NCBI GenBank assembly: GCA_964589435.1
Contig: CAZPTT010000009.1
Location: 2,457 to 66,456 of the forward strand
Direction of reading: 5' to 3'
DNA: 64,000 nt
Source: an uncultured Pirellulaceae bacterium
GTDB taxonomy: Bacteria; Planctomycetota; Planctomycetia; Pirellulales; Pirellulaceae
In this document: positions 60,501 through 64,000 of the stretch, piece after piece
Layout of the letters: every line of letters begins with the position of its first letter
Numbering within the stretch: the first letter of the stretch is position 1
Notes under the pieces: generated by a model
What the model was told of the DNA's origin: nothing
What the model saw: the letters and a program-made list of their open reading frames with translations, nothing else
Databases searched by the model: none
Program-made: the position numbers and the translations under genes

Positions 60501-60863
60501 CGCGTCAGCATAATTACCCATGTGGTAATGACACTCGCCCATCATTGTCCAATAGCAAATCGAATCAAGGTACCGCTGGGTGCCGAACTTATAGGCTCCA
60601 TTGGCTCCTTGAGTAAAATCCCGAAGTGCATCGCGATAGTCTGCTTGATAGAACTCGCGAAAGCCTTGGTAGTATCTTTGCTGTGGCAAGACAGAACGAG
60701 TTTGGCCAAGCGCAGGCGCAGTGAACGAGATCAAAACAATGAACAACAACGCGAGTTTTAAGAGTGAGATACTGTCACTTGTTCGCTCGCTCCCTTGTTT
60801 CAAGAAACTCCGAAAGTGTCCTTTCGCCGCGGGCGATTCTGTTACTTGCTTTCTCATGCGCAT
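57540..60863 (-). CDS. Large exported TPR-like/CHAT-like protein
   Basis: Signal/TM; helical TPR-like N-region; IVPDGLLWYLPFELL, G..SILISRW and HPAFWA (CHAT-like). Start at 60863 or upstream. Confidence 0.75.
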   Translation of the reverse strand: MRMRKQVTESPAAKGHFRSFLKQGSERTSDSISLLKLALLFIVLISFTAPALGQTRSVLPQQRYYQGFREFYQADYRDALRDFTQGANGAYKFGTQRYLDSICYWTMMGECHYHMGNYADAIQMYERSLDLYLSFQGQQWQARVQIPPAISPDTNATNQARITWAKSNRNARVANVPNTFSVMFGRLDAARAIEEGGVVDNPEMRQINLTEIMRCTALALHRRRVIKGPTSKYDPFTVRLVNGLDANRRTTSVLGAYNLVLLGIAQSSLEQWDKAANTLKRSLQFSGMDHPLTPVALLEMANVGLVTENYEVAGTLAVEASISAATFFQYDLIEESLSLGSTIHLMRSKTPYPPLENAIVWANRERARLMQASLTVRMAECLAESGQPDLAAKVLRQTGSSINNRTTLANAVVSARLKYVAALVQFLKADFSGGLKNLSDALARFQKGSLWLYRLGLADTLVVNGAINSRQADLLYGTLLHDPTEMDWRVDPFEATAFLASNHVGPMERWFDIVVDRKDMARAVGIAEMVRRHRFFASLPMGGRLMAFRWVMHGPEESLSAKARKQRQAFYAQNPKYKLLSDQANQMRDQLLLLPAKIEPGSDEARKQAKICKELGEASDIQEAMLASFALRREPAELVFPPQFEISEFRETIEEDQLALVTLSTNSGYHLFFVNSSSVSYLGLGNPRDVQRGVSGLLKKLGLMEAAMDIDDLKSEEWKAESAKLTAKIFGSVPADAWKDVRELVIVPDGLLWYLPFELLRVGEDEEQKNLRDLVDIRYSPTLFLAYGAQREQRKLERTAVVVAKMHSRVEPEMSAKAFEKLEAELPNAVKYERVRIPSNVLGSVIDQLIVWSDVRQARGDSAFSMMPMQIDQGKTGTTLGSWMSLPWEGPEHLVMPGFNSDGGTSLRAKLNGSDLFLTTMGLMASGTRSILISRWRMGGANSLALSRNYSTRRPKMGGSKALRESIKLSRGLALNYENEPRLRTKKNDEALKAEHPAFWAANMFLEIQDGSKPDLDIPVEPVAEPAADEKADADDADADKPVAPDENKDGMGKDGMGKDGMGKGGVEEGGKPEQESDAKAAGEEKKVEGGSGGGGNEAGKSEGGGK
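57671..57720 (-). repeat. Coding 15-bp repeat (KDGMG x3)
   Basis: CTTTGCCCATCCCGT exact three times. Confidence 0.85.
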
Positions 60864-61417
60864 CGTTGTCTCTCGATTGCTAAGGATTGCCCCGGGATCT
60901 CGCATCAGCAAAACGAGCTTGCTTTTGCTGATGTCCTTCGAACCCACTCATGCTTGAAAACAAAAGTGTTCGAAGATTGGAATTCGAACTGCACAAATCG
61001 TAGTCTCCAATTTGAAACACCGTGGTTGAAGATGTCACCAATTGGATTGAGAACTTGTTTCGCTTCGACGAACGTTTTCCGCACCGCTTAATAAATAAGC
61101 TTAGAAACGCTCACTGCTAACTATTCAATCGCCATGCTATCACCTGATGCTCGCATGCAATTTCTCAATTTGACGCGTTCGTATTTGCCGACTCCCATTC
61201 TACCAGATTCACTTTGGTGGGGCGAAAACGACAACTGGACAATTTGGGTAACTCAAAAATGTAAAAAGGAATTGGTTGTGTCGATTTTTCTGTAATTGAT
61301 TCAAAGTCTAACCGTGACTGCGACGATACTGCTTGTGACGGTTATCCGTGGAAGTTAATGCTGTGATTGGATACCGCGAATTCCGGAAAATGGAGTTTTC
61401 CAAAGATGTACGCTTAC

Positions 61418-61636
61418 ATGAAATCCCGAACACTAAGTTTTGTCCTGTGTGGTGCTGCGATCCTTTCGGCGGCGGTTTCGACCGGTTGCCAGACAAGTGT
61501 CGGCGGCCAGACTTTACCCAGTGCCTACTATCAATCGGACGATATTCAATACTTCGTCAAAGGCCCTGAATTCAAGCTCGCGAAAGAAGCAGCCGCGCTC
61601 AAAGAAGCCCGTGCTGAAGCTTCCAGTCAACGCTAG
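61418..61636 (+). CDS. Small putative lipoprotein
   Basis: MKSR + hydrophobic segment + STGC lipobox-like; GGQTLPSAYY..DDIQYF..GPEFKL. Confidence 0.75.
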   Translation: MKSRTLSFVLCGAAILSAAVSTGCQTSVGGQTLPSAYYQSDDIQYFVKGPEFKLAKEAAALKEARAEASSQR

Positions 61637-61933
61637 GGTTTGAATAAGCCAGAGATTTGTTCGGTTTAGCTGGACACTTCCTGCAACAATTCATTCGAAG
61701 CCACATCGCAGCAGCCCGTCAGGTTCGAGTCAAATCGACTGACGGGTTTTTTCGGCGATGATTTGGCATTGTCTGATAGTGACGAAACGACGGACAGACT
61801 GCGCAAGACGGATTCGCGTGCGGCGACATGATCTCGACACTCGGACAAGCCTAGCGCCTCTATCCAGGCCAGCCTCATCGCTGTCTCTCTCGGTGTACAA
61901 GTGTTGTTAGATATAAAATTTAGGATTGTTGCC

Positions 61934-62000
61934 GTAGCGGACGTCGTCAAGACTTTCGGCAACTCACGGCTCGACCAGAACTCGTGACGAGTTCCGCTAC
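61934..62000. repeat. REP doublet, GTAGCGGA family
   Basis: GTAG-CGGACGTCGTCAAGACTTTCGG (61934-61959) faces GTAG-CGGAACTCGTCACGAGTTCTG (minus, about 61976-62000). Confidence 0.75.
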
Positions 62001-62410
62001 TCTAAAATTAAGCTTTGACGGGGCACTCGGCTTCTAGCGCACTTAACGCTTCCAGCTTGGCGAGCTCGGCGCATAGACCGGCACAAGCTGACGACCCAAT
62101 GCCTTGACAGTCTTGACCATCCTGACTCGACGTTTTCAACACGTGCCTTCTTCTGTCGCCATTTTCTACGCAAAATTAGCGCTAATTTTTCGGAGCAAAA
62201 GGCGACGCACAGAAAAGCATCACCGCTTTTGCCGGGCAAGAAGCCGCCTGAAATTCAACTGAGCCGTCACTCAAAACGTACACTCAAAGAACAGCAAGCT
62301 GATCGTACCAACGTCCGTTGTTGTCTTCTTCCGTTGAATTCGGAACGACAGACGGCCTTCGCTAAGAACGATGTCTCATAGAACCTCGAAGGCCCCGTCA
62401 GTTCCCTACG

Positions 62411-64000
62411 CTACTCGAGGTAGCGTGAACCCGCGGGTGGAATTGAAGTTCCGCCGGGCCGGAACAATCGCGACTGAGTCAAGAAACGCGGCTCGAAACC
62501 GAATCGGAATCCGACGTTGTCACGACTAACATCGTGATTGATTCCAAACTGCCACAAGAACGATTCGCCGATGTAAACGAAGCTAAGCGTTTGACCAATC
62601 GAGCCCGTCTCTCCAAAATCGACTTGGCCACCAGCTTTGACTCCCCACTTTTGGCTCATCCTGTAAACCAGATTCGCTGACAGAATATTGCTGCTAATCG
62701 GGCCTTCGATCATCCGGTAACCAACATACGCATTGCCCACTTCTGGCCGGCCAATGTTGGCACCGAAACTTGCTGTTCTCAAGCCTTGCGAAAAGAAGTC
62801 AAAGTAACCGTCGGATACCAAACTGAAACGGTCACCGACATGCCATTGAAAATCGTAATCGAACAAGCCAAAATCGGCTCCGAAATTTTGCTCTTCCGCA
62901 TCCGGGAACAAGCTGACTTGTGAGTCAAACGTAATCCAATCGATGATTCGCTCCTGGCCCGGTAGCCCACGCTTCGTCTGCCAACGCTGGCGGGCTCCCA
63001 TTTTGATCACCGTTAGATCATCAGCAATCTCCATCGACGGAGCCGTCACATTGCCTTGCATCCCGGATCGCAAAGCAAAATAGCGCTCGTCATAGGGCAG
63101 CGGGACATCGCCGCCAGGCAAGATCCCGAACGTATCAAACGCGAACCTGCGCCGAAAATGCTCTTGTGAATCGTCATCTAATTGGTCGTAAAGTGGCAGT
63201 TCATTGAGATCTTGAGAGGCATCTGCGTAAGACGCGTCAAAATCGAAATTGACCTTATGCGTCAAACCATTAACGTTCCAAAGCGTGCTTTGAATCGAAG
63301 GATCGGATTTCCACATCGGCAAGCTTGCTCTCAAGCCCGTCTGCCCATAGCCGCGAACCAAGTCGTTACCGGTTAGGTCTTCTTGCCAATAGGTGATATC
63401 CGCCAACACGTAAGGGATGACTTTCCAAGGCCCGACCTGGGTCGGAAAATCCAATTCCTGACGGGTGCCGACGCGGACTCCATCAACTTTTGCTTCCCAT
63501 GCGAGCGGATCAAATTTTGCCAATTCAGTCGCTGACGTCGGCGCGTTAGCGGGCCTTAACTTTGCGTAACCGGCATGCGTATGTCCGAACCAAACACCAC
63601 GGTCATTGAAGATCGGTTGGCCCAACGTAAATTGATCGTAACGCGGCAACCAGGTGGTCTGTGCGAAAAAATCATTGACTTGAATATCGGTCGTCAGGTT
63701 ATAGCTTCGCGTGCCAATGTTCCGTTCCAACCAAAAGCCCGTCGTTTGGTCTTTTTCGGTATCCCATTCCCGCTCGTAATACTGCTCGAGAAAATTACGA
63801 TCCGAGATGTAGCCGATCTCCCCGCGAAGCGTAAAGCCTGGAGCAAATTCATGGCGATGCCTGCCGTACAACCGACCACGTCGTTCTTCTTCGGGAGCCA
63901 AACCCAAACGATCTTGCCCCAGAAAATCCAGCCCGTTGTCTTTGATGAACCAGCTGCGATAGTCGCCTTCGACCTGACCGCCGTAACCAAAAAGTTCGTT
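62411..64000 (-). CDS. LptD-like outer-membrane beta-barrel, 3' part; gene starts beyond the window
   Basis: The frame is open to position 64000. Aromatic alternating beta-strand pattern; SDRNFLEQYYE..WD, W....GPPG motifs of the planctomycete LptD/OstA type. Confidence 0.7.
   Translation of the reverse strand, partial: NELFGYGGQVEGDYRSWFIKDNGLDFLGQDRLGLAPEEERRGRLYGRHRHEFAPGFTLRGEIGYISDRNFLEQYYEREWDTEKDQTTGFWLERNIGTRSYNLTTDIQVNDFFAQTTWLPRYDQFTLGQPIFNDRGVWFGHTHAGYAKLRPANAPTSATELAKFDPLAWEAKVDGVRVGTRQELDFPTQVGPWKVIPYVLADITYWQEDLTGNDLVRGYGQTGLRASLPMWKSDPSIQSTLWNVNGLTHKVNFDFDASYADASQDLNELPLYDQLDDDSQEHFRRRFAFDTFGILPGGDVPLPYDERYFALRSGMQGNVTAPSMEIADDLTVIKMGARQRWQTKRGLPGQERIIDWITFDSQVSLFPDAEEQNFGADFGLFDYDFQWHVGDRFSLVSDGYFDFFSQGLRTASFGANIGRPEVGNAYVGYRMIEGPISSNILSANLVYRMSQKWGVKAGGQVDFGETGSIGQTLSFVYIGESFLWQFGINHDVSRDNVGFRFGFEPRFLTQSRLFRPGGTSIPPAGSRYLE

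Noticed and set aside
61715-61735. GGTTCGAGTC as a tRNA T-loop
   Set aside because: The flanks do not form a cloverleaf.
61666-62239. ORFs 61666..61962 and 61997..62239 on the minus strand
   Set aside because: They overlap the REP doublet and lack recognisable features; coding status cannot be supported.

Overview
About 64 kb of bacterial chromosome, very probably from a planctomycete of the Pirellulaceae type. This is inferred from two DUF1559 prepilin-like genes, a PEP-CTERM protein, split coaC/coaB and GTAG-type REP palindromes. Housekeeping genes include dnaE, tpiA-secG-yicC-gmk-rpoZ-coaC-coaB, pyrB, hisS and the 3' part of an lptD-like gene. They are interspersed with accessory secreted and surface genes: a tadE-tadE-tadG/vWA cluster, an RTX serralysin-like protein, MoxR-DUF58-transglutaminase, S41 and C25 peptidases, an ECF sigma/anti-sigma pair and a TPR-CHAT-like protein. 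Two items stand out. (1) A complete cobalamin-riboswitch transcription unit (5654-7800) encodes only a DUF1559 pseudopilin and a DUF4465 PEP-CTERM protein, a candidate non-BtuB vitamin B12 capture system. (2) A large secreted protein and a TlpA thioredoxin domain lie in one reading frame broken by a single TGA (10474-10476), followed by a hairpin resembling a bacterial SECIS element. This is either a candidate new selenoprotein or a nonsense mutation/sequencing error. Also seen: two REP doublets from different families, two apparent pseudo-enzymes (serralysin-like and CHAT-like) and several short tandem duplications. No rRNA, tRNA, CRISPR array or transposase was recognised. All assignments come from motif recognition by eye, with no database searches.
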